Translations under genes and position numbers: made by a program | The notes under the pieces: generated by a model | Databases searched by the model: none | Told to the model about the DNA's origin: nothing | The model's input: only the letters and a program-made list of their open reading frames with translations | Part shown: positions 1 through 7,052 of the stretch, one piece after another | How the letters are laid out: every line of letters starts with the position of its first letter | Numbering within the stretch: the first letter of the stretch is position 1 | Source: a virus | Strand: one strand, 5' to 3' | DNA length: 20,711 nucleotides | UHGV virus genome: UHGV-0163620

Positions 1-68
<68 letters not shown>

Positions 69-147
69 CTACGAGAGACAGAAAAAAATATCTCAGGCTC
101 TCTTTCTATAAGCTTTTAGTTGAGGATGTTCTGCAAAACAAAACTGG

Positions 148-1008
148 TTAGTTATGTAACTGCTTCCGGAATACAACAGCTGACGCACTGCAACGCAAAA
201 TGCGTTTGATTGTGTCAACTGAGGCAACAGATTTGCACTGTTCAATATCATCAACGATGACCACGTCCAGATCCGGTATTGAGCGGGTATGCAATGTTTT
301 TGCACTAATAACATCACAGCCATTCAGTGGTCGAATATCTGCATCTTCAGGCACTACCAGAAGCACACGTTTTCCCGGTGCAGAAAAGCCAGCAGCAAGA
401 GTGCGTGACAATAAAGTCATTCCGCTGCGTGGCTTCATACAAATTTCAGAAATATGATTCTTTTCGTCCAAATGATGCTGGACATCATTTTTATCATCAC
501 TCAACAACTCTGCTGTTAATACAATCCCTGCTGTCTCAGATTTCCAGGAAATGCTGATATCCTGATCATCTGCATCAACATCATATTCCATCGAGTAAGG
601 ACTAAAGCTACGTCCAACGAACGCATCATTTACCAGTACACGCCCACCCTGTCTGACCTGAAAGTCAACGCGCCCTGAAAGCTGATTTGCTGTTACAAGC
701 AATGCCTTTTTTCTTTTTGTTTTATTGCTCATTGCCACCAACTGTTCAGCCATCTCTCTTGTCACACTACCAGAAACTCTTTCTTGAATTTTCACAGAAA
801 ATTTTCTGGATGTAGTAGCATCGACATTAAAAAATCTGGATGTCATCAGGCAGTTATTAACAATTGGCATCAGCTCACTTACGATTGTAAAAAATTCCCG
901 GTAAAGCTCATTTTGCTTTTCAACACACAGCTTTCCACAATCGTCCAGCTTACGCTCAAGAGCACTTAACCTTTCCATTATTGAATTAATTTTTTGCAAC
1001 TCTTTCAT
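148..1008 (-). CDS. hypothetical protein, 287 aa, distal gene of the late transcription unit
   Basis: Long ORF; ATG at 1008 preceded by AGGAGG (rc of 1014-1019); ORF-track start at 1041 is a GTG inside the palindrome at 1033-1048; N-terminal coiled-coil-like segment; no family recognised. Confidence 0.6.
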   Translation of the reverse strand: MKELQKINSIMERLSALERKLDDCGKLCVEKQNELYREFFTIVSELMPIVNNCLMTSRFFNVDATTSRKFSVKIQERVSGSVTREMAEQLVAMSNKTKRKKALLVTANQLSGRVDFQVRQGGRVLVNDAFVGRSFSPYSMEYDVDADDQDISISWKSETAGIVLTAELLSDDKNDVQHHLDEKNHISEICMKPRSGMTLLSRTLAAGFSAPGKRVLLVVPEDADIRPLNGCDVISAKTLHTRSIPDLDVVIVDDIEQCKSVASVDTIKRILRCSASAVVFRKQLHN

Positions 1009-1032
1009 CAAAACCTCCTGACAAAGATACCG

Positions 1033-1048
1033 TGCGACCACGGTCGCA
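1033..1048. other. sopC-like 16-bp inverted repeat TGCGACCACGGTCGCA (candidate SopB/ParB centromere site), copy 1
   Basis: 7-bp inverted arms around a 2-bp centre; same 16-mer or its reverse complement at 4043, 9238 and 11681; differs from the F-plasmid sopC core TGGGACCACGGTCCCA (quoted from memory) at one position per arm. Confidence 0.6.
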
Positions 1049-1068
1049 AACGAGAAACAAAGAGATTT

Positions 1069-1380
1069 TTATGCTACAGAGGAACAAGCTGGCGGGTAAT
1101 TCAGCGTAGTGAATACCGGCATCTCCATCTTGTATGCGTAATGATACTCAGCAGTTGCTCCAGCAGACGCTTTCCAGCCAGGAAGCATCAAAATAGCATC
1201 AGCACAACGAAGCATTGCAAAGCAAATATCCATGTATTCACGTTGTGTCAGACCATTAGGCAAAGTGGCTGGATTCAAGACAGAGTGACCATGTCGTGAC
1301 AAACGATCTGCCTCTTTATTAAAGGCGTCACGATTAAAGTTCTCATATCCCGTCATTGGCCCGGCAATATAAATTTTCAT
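1069..1380 (-). CDS. DUF4406 / nucleoside 2-deoxyribosyltransferase-like protein
   Basis: N-terminal MKIYIAGPMTG motif typical of the family; 103 aa; directly downstream of the spanin genes. Confidence 0.7.
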   Translation of the reverse strand: MKIYIAGPMTGYENFNRDAFNKEADRLSRHGHSVLNPATLPNGLTQREYMDICFAMLRCADAILMLPGWKASAGATAEYHYAYKMEMPVFTTLNYPPACSSVA

Positions 1381-1421
1381 TCACTATCCAACAAATTGAG
1401 CTCGTTTTTGATACAGAGGGA

Positions 1422-1859
1422 TTAATTCAGGCATTGCGTCTTGATGTATTCCTGCAAGTAGTTAACCTGCGCAGTTATCCTGTCGATCCCACTTCGGAGA
1501 CGGTAATAATTGAGTTCAGCATCTGCTGTAAGTCTTGGGCTTTCTCCATTGCCCATGCCGCTGGCTCCGGTCGTTGACTTTGCACAGGTGGCGGCGACTT
1601 GCAGGCGCTTACGCCCAGCAGAAACATCAGCACGGAGGCTTTCGATAGTCGCGTTAGCATCAGCAAGCTCCTTTGTATATCTGGCATCGAGTTCCGCTAC
1701 GTCACGTTGACGCTTCTGCATATCAGCGATTGTGGATGTGGCTTTATCGCGCTGCTCTTTGTAGGCGATGGCGTTATCACGGTAATGATTAACAGCCCAC
1801 GACAGGCAGACGATGATGCAAATAACCAGAGCGGAGATAATCGCGGTTACCCTGCTCAT
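1422..1859 (-). CDS. Rz: i-spanin Rz (lysis)
   Basis: Begins [26 protein letters not shown], near-identical to lambda Rz N-terminus; ATG at 1859 overlaps endolysin stop (ATGA); ORF-track start at 1871 is a GTG. Confidence 0.85.
   Translation of the reverse strand: MSRVTAIISALVICIIVCLSWAVNHYRDNAIAYKEQRDKATSTIADMQKRQRDVAELDARYTKELADANATIESLRADVSAGRKRLQVAATCAKSTTGASGMGNGESPRLTADAELNYYRLRSGIDRITAQVNYLQEYIKTQCLN
1475..1660 (-). CDS. Rz1: o-spanin Rz1 lipoprotein, embedded in +1 frame within Rz
   Basis: Embedded ORF with signal peptide [20 protein letters not shown] (lipobox VSAC) and proline-rich mature part; start taken at internal Met. Confidence 0.7.
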   Translation of the reverse strand: MLTRLSKASVLMFLLGVSACKSPPPVQSQRPEPAAWAMEKAQDLQQMLNSIITVSEVGSTG

Positions 1860-2356
1860 TGTTGACCCCACAAACAGACTTCACGCTCAATCTCACGACG
1901 AGTCATCAGGCCTTTCCATTGCTTACCGCCAGCAGATATCCAGCGACGTAGCTGATCACATGCGCCTTTGATATCGCCCTGGTTTATTTTGCGAAGAAGC
2001 GTCGATGTTCTGAAATTACCAGCACCCACGTTGTAAACGAACGAGTAAAGAGCGCCGCGCGTTGTTTCCGGTATATCGACTTTGATGTACGGGTTAATTT
2101 GTCTGGCGACAGTGGCAAGGTCTTTATTCAGGAGAGCTTTGCATTCTGCTTCGGTATACGTTTTACCTAGCATGATGTCTTTTCCAGTGTGTCCATAACA
2201 TACAGTCCATACGCCAACAATATCTTTGTATGGTATGTAACTGACACCTTCCAGACCATCGTTACCACTTGGGCCAGTGATGAGCATAGACGCTATGGCA
2301 ATAGCCCCGCCACCAATAGCAGCTGTGACAGCTTTGCGTAATGATGACTGCATCAT
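1856..2356 (-). CDS. R: SAR endolysin (T4-lysozyme-like, glycoside hydrolase family 24), phage 21 R type
   Basis: N-terminal signal-anchor-release segment [16 protein letters not shown]; catalytic triad spacing E-9-D-6-T in [18 protein letters not shown]; 166 aa. Confidence 0.9.
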   Translation of the reverse strand: MMQSSLRKAVTAAIGGGAIAIASMLITGPSGNDGLEGVSYIPYKDIVGVWTVCYGHTGKDIMLGKTYTEAECKALLNKDLATVARQINPYIKVDIPETTRGALYSFVYNVGAGNFRTSTLLRKINQGDIKGACDQLRRWISAGGKQWKGLMTRREIEREVCLWGQQ

Positions 2357-2625
2357 ATTTCCTTCGGTGCTCTCTTCCCCAGCTCTCCAATAACCATCGC
2401 TGTAGCAGAAAGATTATTGGTATTAGTTTTATCCAATATGTCCTGCAATATCTTCGTGCGCTTCATCTGCTCGCGTTTATTGAGCCGGTATGTAAGCACA
2501 CCGAGGATAATGCTGAACGCGACACCGATAATGAAGCCCCAATCCTGCAATGACAGGCTGGCAAAGAACGCAGCAAGACCAGCGCTACCATAAGATGCAC
2601 TGCTGTATCGTTCATCCATCTTCAT
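2353..2625 (-). CDS. S: class II holin (pinholin-like) with dual-start motif MKM
   Basis: Two predicted TM helices; Met1-Lys-Met3 start as in holin/antiholin pairs; GAGG Shine-Dalgarno upstream; stop overlaps endolysin start. Confidence 0.75.
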   Translation of the reverse strand: MKMDERYSSASYGSAGLAAFFASLSLQDWGFIIGVAFSIILGVLTYRLNKREQMKRTKILQDILDKTNTNNLSATAMVIGELGKRAPKEI

Positions 2626-2720
2626 ATCTCTTACCTCGCAATAGTTGCTGAGGTTTCGGCTTGGAAACTATATGGCGAAAATAACCCCTACCAAAAACGG
2701 CAGGGGAATATATTCTCCAG

Positions 2721-3797
2721 TTACTCAAATAACTTTTTCACTTCATCAACTGTCTGAAGATAACGTTCGCCCTCAATCTCAATACCTATTGCCTGACGTC
2801 CTAACTTCAGCGCAGCTTTAATAGTTGAGCCTGATCCCATAAAGAAATCGGCAACGATATCTCCGGGGCGTGAACTACTCTTTATAATATGTTCCATCAT
2901 CGCTGCAGGTTTTTCACATGGGTGCTTGCCAGGATAATATTGCACAGGAGGAAACTCCCATACATCGGTATAAGGTACATCAGCAGTAACATGAAATGGA
3001 CGGCGTAAATTTTCATACTGAGCCTTCAAATCATCATACTGCTTCTTTACTTCCTCATAATGCAATTTCAGATCGCTATAACGCTTTTCATGTTCTGAAT
3101 AATCAACATTAAAAGGATATGGACACGGGACACCGAGTGAATCTGCCTTCCTGCGAAATAATTCGCATAGTTTATTAAAATCAATTAATGATGGAAGCCG
3201 CCACTGCGAATAAGAAAACCAGTGTGAACACATCTGCTTTCCTGTCGCTGAATTAATGTCTGCGGCTGATATATCTAACTGACGGCGAGCCAGCGAAAAA
3301 GCATCAATTAGTGGAGAAAAAATATTTTTTCTTAAATCTGCACATTTTGAAGCATAACCTGACTGACCTTTAGCATAACCTGACGCGCCGTAATGCTCTG
3401 CAAATAATATTCTTTCAGTAGCAGGAAAATAAGCCCTTAAACTTTCTTTATGACAACCGCGCCACATACCACTGGGTTTAGCCCAAATGATATGGTTCAG
3501 AACATTGAAACGGTCGCGAGTTAATAATTCAATTTTTGACGCAAGGCGAGAGCCGGTAAACATATACAGGCTGCCATTAGGGGCCAATATCCGCCAAAAT
3601 TCTGCCAAAAATTCGTCAATCCACCCCAAAAAGTCAGCATCGCTATCCCACTGGTTATCCCATGCGTTAGCCTTTACGCCGAAGTATGGTGGGTCTGTTG
3701 CAATCAAATTGACCGAGTTATCAGGGATGGTTTTGATAAATTGCAGAGAATCTGCGCAAACGAGTTGTGCGCCATGAATATTAGTGGTTTTGAACAT
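2721..3797 (-). CDS. DNA methyltransferase, beta-class amino-methyltransferase (N6-adenine or N4-cytosine), orphan
   Basis: DPPY catalytic motif near N-terminus (LIATDPPYF) followed by C-terminal AdoMet motif FxGxG (DFFMGSGST); start set at second Met (3797) by family N-terminus pattern, alternative ATG at 3842. Confidence 0.8.
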   Translation of the reverse strand: MFKTTNIHGAQLVCADSLQFIKTIPDNSVNLIATDPPYFGVKANAWDNQWDSDADFLGWIDEFLAEFWRILAPNGSLYMFTGSRLASKIELLTRDRFNVLNHIIWAKPSGMWRGCHKESLRAYFPATERILFAEHYGASGYAKGQSGYASKCADLRKNIFSPLIDAFSLARRQLDISAADINSATGKQMCSHWFSYSQWRLPSLIDFNKLCELFRRKADSLGVPCPYPFNVDYSEHEKRYSDLKLHYEEVKKQYDDLKAQYENLRRPFHVTADVPYTDVWEFPPVQYYPGKHPCEKPAAMMEHIIKSSSRPGDIVADFFMGSGSTIKAALKLGRQAIGIEIEGERYLQTVDEVKKLFE

Positions 3798-3932
3798 AGC
3801 TATTATTTTTTTGCCTGGGTAAGCTAACCCGGCGATGCGCATCGCGGGTGGGCTTTAGGTTCAGCCTATAGCTCTGGCATGGGTTGACCGCAGGACAAGC
3901 TGCAACTTGTCCTGCGCCCACTTTTCAGGCAC

Positions 3933-3954
3933 AAAAAAACCGCCATAAAGGCGG
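3933..3954 (-). terminator. intrinsic terminator in late-operon leader (tR'-like)
   Basis: On minus strand: 5-bp GC stem CCGCC/GGCGG (3940-3954), 5-nt loop, followed by a run of seven U (plus-strand A run 3933-3939). Confidence 0.6.
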
Positions 3955-3993
3955 CTTGTTGGCTGTTGGGTACAAAAAACCCAACTTAACAAA

Positions 3994-4022
3994 ACAATAA
4001 CTAAAAACCGTCATTTTGCCAA
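3994..4022 (-). promoter_or_regulatory. candidate late promoter (PR'-like)
   Basis: Minus-strand -35 TTGGCA (4022-4017), 16-17 nt spacer, -10 TTATTG/TATTGT; sits about 35-50 nt upstream of the leader terminator; judged by eye only. Confidence 0.3.
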
Positions 4023-4042
4023 GCTTTTTCGTTTTTGTGCTG

Positions 4043-4058
4043 TGCGACCGTGGTCGCA
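4043..4058. other. sopC-like 16-bp inverted repeat TGCGACCGTGGTCGCA, copy 2 (extends to a 24-bp palindrome 4039-4062)
   Basis: Exact reverse complement of copy 1; lies about 21 bp upstream of the candidate late promoter -35. Confidence 0.6.
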
Positions 4059-4064
4059 CAGCTT

Positions 4065-4292
4065 TTAGAAAGTTGCCTGCTTATATTCATCGGTCAAAGA
4101 ATATCGACCAGATCCGCTACGCTTTGCAACCCCAAAACAGATCATCTGTTCGATGATAAATTCAACGGCAGCTTGACTCAAAAAACAGGCTTCGCTTAAC
4201 TCTTTCAGGGAAATGCGTGGGTATCCACGCATAACACATTCCACACTCAGGGCCGCTTCAGTCATATTTCCACGAATTTCATTAATATTCAT
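4065..4292 (-). CDS. small hypothetical protein, 75 aa, possible winged-helix DNA-binding fold
   Basis: ORF with GAGAGG Shine-Dalgarno before the ATG at 4292; helix-turn-helix-like segment; function not recognised. Confidence 0.5.
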   Translation of the reverse strand: MNINEIRGNMTEAALSVECVMRGYPRISLKELSEACFLSQAAVEFIIEQMICFGVAKRSGSGRYSLTDEYKQATF

Positions 4293-4305
4293 AACGCCTC
4301 TCTAA

Positions 4306-4527
4306 TCAATCTTGAAACTGGAAATCAACATCAGCCATAAAGCGGTTCAACTCAGCCAGTTTTGGCCCCATAGTCCCAACTAAGCGACCAGCCAGTCGGT
4401 CTGTTAGGTTGGTACTGTTGAAACCATATTCCTTTTCGAAACGTTCAACCTTCTGCCACAACTCATACAGTTCGTTAGCTATCTCCGCAACGTCGTCGCG
4501 CATTTTTTCGTTACCTTGATAATTCAT
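4306..4527 (-). CDS. small hypothetical protein, 73 aa
   Basis: Start moved to the ATG at 4527, which has a GGAGG Shine-Dalgarno (rc of 4533-4537) 5 nt upstream. Confidence 0.5.
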   Translation of the reverse strand: MNYQGNEKMRDDVAEIANELYELWQKVERFEKEYGFNSTNLTDRLAGRLVGTMGPKLAELNRFMADVDFQFQD

Positions 4528-4692
4528 AATATCCTCCAAATTCATATAGTTAGTGGGTTATTACCCCTCAATGACACGAACTGTAACTCTGCCAAACGAA
4601 CACATCCAGTGTTATTTTTCGCTTTTTAGTGAAATTTTTAATTTGCGTTGTTTTCTTGTTTTGGTGTATTTTATGGATATGGAGGCTATAAT

Positions 4693-5004
4693 ATGTTTAA
4701 CGTGATAACCCACCCTGCAGCACTGGATGAACTGCTTGAACTACCAGATGATTTGCGAGGTCGCATGACCAGATTAATTGAGCGACTGGAGAAAGAAGGC
4801 AACAAACTGAAGATGCCCCATAGCCGTGTAATAGGTGGAGGGCTTTTTGAACTACGAGTAGGGGATAAAAACATCGCAAGAACGCTGTACGCCTACGCGA
4901 CTGGTAACGAAATTTATCTATTGCATGCATTTGTAAAAAAGACACAGAAAACACCGGTGAAGGCTATCGAAATCGCCAGAACTCGCCTGAAGGAGATGAA
5001 CTGA
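4693..5004 (+). CDS. RelE/ParE-superfamily toxin, HigB-2 / Gp49-like (DUF891)
   Basis: About 103 aa with family-typical fold signature; toxin-first order; GGAGG 7 nt upstream of the ATG at 4693; stop overlaps the next start (TGATG). Confidence 0.7.
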   Translation: MFNVITHPAALDELLELPDDLRGRMTRLIERLEKEGNKLKMPHSRVIGGGLFELRVGDKNIARTLYAYATGNEIYLLHAFVKKTQKTPVKAIEIARTRLKEMN

Positions 5005-5291
5005 TGAAAGCGAAAGGCATCCCGTTTAACGAAGTAAAAGAAAAACTCCTCAACACTCCAGAAGCCGTCAAAGGATATGAAGAGGCCGACAAAGAGCTGG
5101 AGATGGTCGAAATGTTATACGAAATGAGGGAAAGAGCAGGTTTAACGAAATCAGCTCTGGCTGAACGAATGGGGTTGCGACCGTCAGCCATCAGCCGCCT
5201 GGAAAGCAATCCTTTAGGGGCAAGTATGAAAACTTTGGCTAAATATGCTCATGCCTGCGGCGCAACCATCGATATTCGCGCTGTTTATTAA
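5004..5291 (+). CDS. HTH XRE-family antitoxin (HigA-2-like)
   Basis: 95 aa with C-terminal helix-turn-helix; translationally coupled to the upstream toxin. Confidence 0.7.
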   Translation: MKAKGIPFNEVKEKLLNTPEAVKGYEEADKELEMVEMLYEMRERAGLTKSALAERMGLRPSAISRLESNPLGASMKTLAKYAHACGATIDIRAVY

Positions 5292-5333
5292 TTAGACTCT
5301 TTTACTACCCCGTCTAGAAGGGCGGGGTGTGCA

Positions 5334-5537
5334 TCAATGATGTGAACGCTCAACAGCGATAGTTTGCTGACAATGCTGGGCAATCTCTCGCGACATGTTG
5401 ATGAGTCGTGAAACCTCACCAATATGTAGGCTGGCTTCTGGAGAAGCCAGGGTGACGCTAACCAGATCCAGAACGGCGTCAATATCTCTTAAATTTGAAT
5501 CGAGTTGTTCAAGAGTTGATACGGCTGCTTCAGACAT
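5334..5537 (-). CDS. LexA-controlled small protein, 67 aa, candidate SOS-inducible antirepressor (AntC-like)
   Basis: ORF begins 39 bp downstream (minus strand) of a near-consensus LexA box; identity as an antirepressor is inferred from N15 biology recalled from memory. Confidence 0.5.
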   Translation of the reverse strand: MSEAAVSTLEQLDSNLRDIDAVLDLVSVTLASPEASLHIGEVSRLINMSREIAQHCQQTIAVERSHH

Positions 5538-5575
5538 TAAATCTCATACCATTTAACTAAAAAAGGTTATTTATA

Positions 5576-5591
5576 CTGTATAAAATTACAG
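5576..5591. promoter_or_regulatory. LexA (SOS) box CTGT-N8-ACAG
   Basis: TACTGTATAAAATTACAGGG at 5574-5593 matches CTGT(N8)ACAG with an AT-rich spacer; overlaps the candidate -10 region for the 5334..5537 gene. Confidence 0.7.
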
Positions 5592-5619
5592 GGTAAAACT
5601 CAAACTTTACGGTCAATTT

Positions 5620-5862
5620 TCAATGAATTAACTGCGTAAACTGCTGTGTGACCCGATACTTATGCTCTCTCCCTATGCCACGATCAACTTTCTCAAGAAG
5701 TCCAGTACGGACAGCAGAATCAAGCATCCTTTTAACAATTCTGCTATTTAACCCAACATCAAAAGAAAGCATCGAAGCGAAAACAAAACCATCACCACCA
5801 TCAGAAAAGCTCTTTTCGCTCCGTTTTCGTATCATTTCAAAAAGCAATGCCTTTTTATCCAT
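5620..5862 (-). CDS. hypothetical protein, 80 aa
   Basis: ORF with GGAGGG Shine-Dalgarno 4 nt upstream of the ATG at 5862; no family recognised. Confidence 0.5.
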   Translation of the reverse strand: MDKKALLFEMIRKRSEKSFSDGGDGFVFASMLSFDVGLNSRIVKRMLDSAVRTGLLEKVDRGIGREHKYRVTQQFTQLIH

Positions 5863-5871
5863 TTATCCCTC

Positions 5872-5885
5872 CGTGACCAGTCACG
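5872..5885. other. 14-bp palindrome CGTGACCAGTCACG (second dyad-site class), copy 1
   Basis: Identical 14-mer at 11927-11940 and its reverse complement at 16951-16964; abuts the Shine-Dalgarno of 5620..5862 and spans the stop of 5881..6207. Confidence 0.55.
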
Positions 5886-6207
5886 CTTTGAGCGCAAGTT
5901 TCAGCCTCGTGGTTGTAAGGTGGCATGACCCTTCGCCATCAAAAATGCATTCTGAAACAGGCATTTTTTGACCACATCGCGGGCAAGTAGTAGATAGCTG
6001 CTTCTGCAGCTCCTTATAGTTTTTCCTGATCAGCAAACCAATGACTTCGTTCTCCGAATATGGAACTCGCCCTGGTCTACGCAATACACAAATTTCCCCC
6101 AACATACGTAACTCGTCAGGTTCTAGAATCCAGTCCCGTCTTGATGTGCCTTCCTTCTTCAACCGTTCCCTGCGTCTCCTTTGCCGTTCTGCCGGTGTCA
6201 GCGCCAT
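5881..6207 (-). CDS. hypothetical protein, 108 aa, possible zinc-ribbon (CPRCG...C...C)
   Basis: ORF with GGAGG Shine-Dalgarno before the ATG at 6207; basic N-terminus and cysteine cluster. Confidence 0.5.
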   Translation of the reverse strand: MALTPAERQRRRRERLKKEGTSRRDWILEPDELRMLGEICVLRRPGRVPYSENEVIGLLIRKNYKELQKQLSTTCPRCGQKMPVSECIFDGEGSCHLTTTRLKLALKA

Positions 6208-6222
6208 AAATCCTCCTGAAAA

Positions 6223-6753
6223 TTACTTAACCCAATTAACTACACCGCCAGCGGCCACAACCGCCCTTTCACAGTCACGCTCATATCTCAAAGGTTGAAA
6301 TACACCATCAATAAAATATTTATCTCCACCAAACGCTGCAGGAAGTGAAACAGAAAACTGAATATGACCATCCGGAGTTACCGGAGAGTTGCCAGCCAGT
6401 CTACGCAACACAGCCTTAACGGCCTCAATACGGTCATCATCAACTTTTTCTACAATATTGGAATTTAAATACTTCGAAGCCTTGCTATGCCAATCGCTGG
6501 TTTTAGGGTCTTGTCCATCCATCAAACGCCAAGCTTCAGCGATTAACTCATAGCCAGTGACAGTGGCTTCCTGCGCATCACCAATAAGTCGTGTAATCTC
6601 TCTTTCAAGCCGACCGCCTAGCTCTGTTTTAGTGCAATGTTCTGACCAATCGCCAGCCTCAAGCAGCGCGAGAATGCTTAAAATATCGTCCAATAGAACG
6701 GTAGTATTATCGACTTCCTTCTGAAACTCACCGGCTACTGATTTATGCATCAT
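6223..6753 (-). CDS. hypothetical protein, 176 aa, with C-terminal PVTPDGHI motif
   Basis: ORF with tandem ATG start (MMH); shares a PVTPDG[HW]I motif with 6964..7698. Confidence 0.55.
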   Translation of the reverse strand: MMHKSVAGEFQKEVDNTTVLLDDILSILALLEAGDWSEHCTKTELGGRLEREITRLIGDAQEATVTGYELIAEAWRLMDGQDPKTSDWHSKASKYLNSNIVEKVDDDRIEAVKAVLRRLAGNSPVTPDGHIQFSVSLPAAFGGDKYFIDGVFQPLRYERDCERAVVAAGGVVNWVK

Positions 6754-7052
6754 TCGTCATCCTCATCTGAGTCATCCTCATCACAGGATGAGAGTAGTGG
6801 GTTAGTCATTCGCCCTACTTGAGTGGCGTAGCCACGCCGACAGAGATTGCGCAGCACACTGTATATTTCGAACATCTCGGTTCGTTCATCACCAACATCA
6901 AGCTCAGATGCTATAGCGTGGCATTCAGTCGCGAGAGCCGATATTTTCTGAAATAACTCTGCTTTATTCACTCTTCGACTCCTGCGGCGGTTCTGGTAGT
7001 GGCATCCAGTGAGTTGCTTGCTCAATACCATTACCCGGCTTAATCGTTGCAT
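6750..7052 (-). CDS. hypothetical acidic-tail protein, 100 aa (start uncertain)
   Basis: ORF whose stop overlaps the start of 6223..6753; its 5' part overlaps 6964..7698 in another frame, so one of the two is mis-started or spurious. Confidence 0.35.
   Translation of the reverse strand: MQRLSRVMVLSKQLTGCHYQNRRRSRRVNKAELFQKISALATECHAIASELDVGDERTEMFEIYSVLRNLCRRGYATQVGRMTNPLLSSCDEDDSDEDDE

Noticed and set aside
93-323. 76-aa minus-strand ORF at the window start and the plus-strand ORFs 200..457, 327..557, 784..969, 994..1299
   Set aside because: All lie inside or antisense to better-supported genes and have no ribosome-binding site or recognisable features.
2626-2720. Weak hairpin (CCCCT...AGGGG) between methyltransferase and holin as an internal terminator
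   Set aside because: 5-bp stem with a 12-nt loop is too weak; more likely just an intercistronic spacer carrying the holin ribosome-binding site.
4754-4765. TGCGAGGTCGCA inside the toxin gene as a fifth centromere-like site
   Set aside because: It equals the sopC-like 16-mer with the central 4 bp deleted; noted as a possible relic only.
5308-5327. Hairpin between the convergent antitoxin and SOS-controlled genes as an intrinsic terminator
   Set aside because: The stem (CCCCGTC/GGCGGGG) is real but has no U-tract on either strand, so not called as a terminator.
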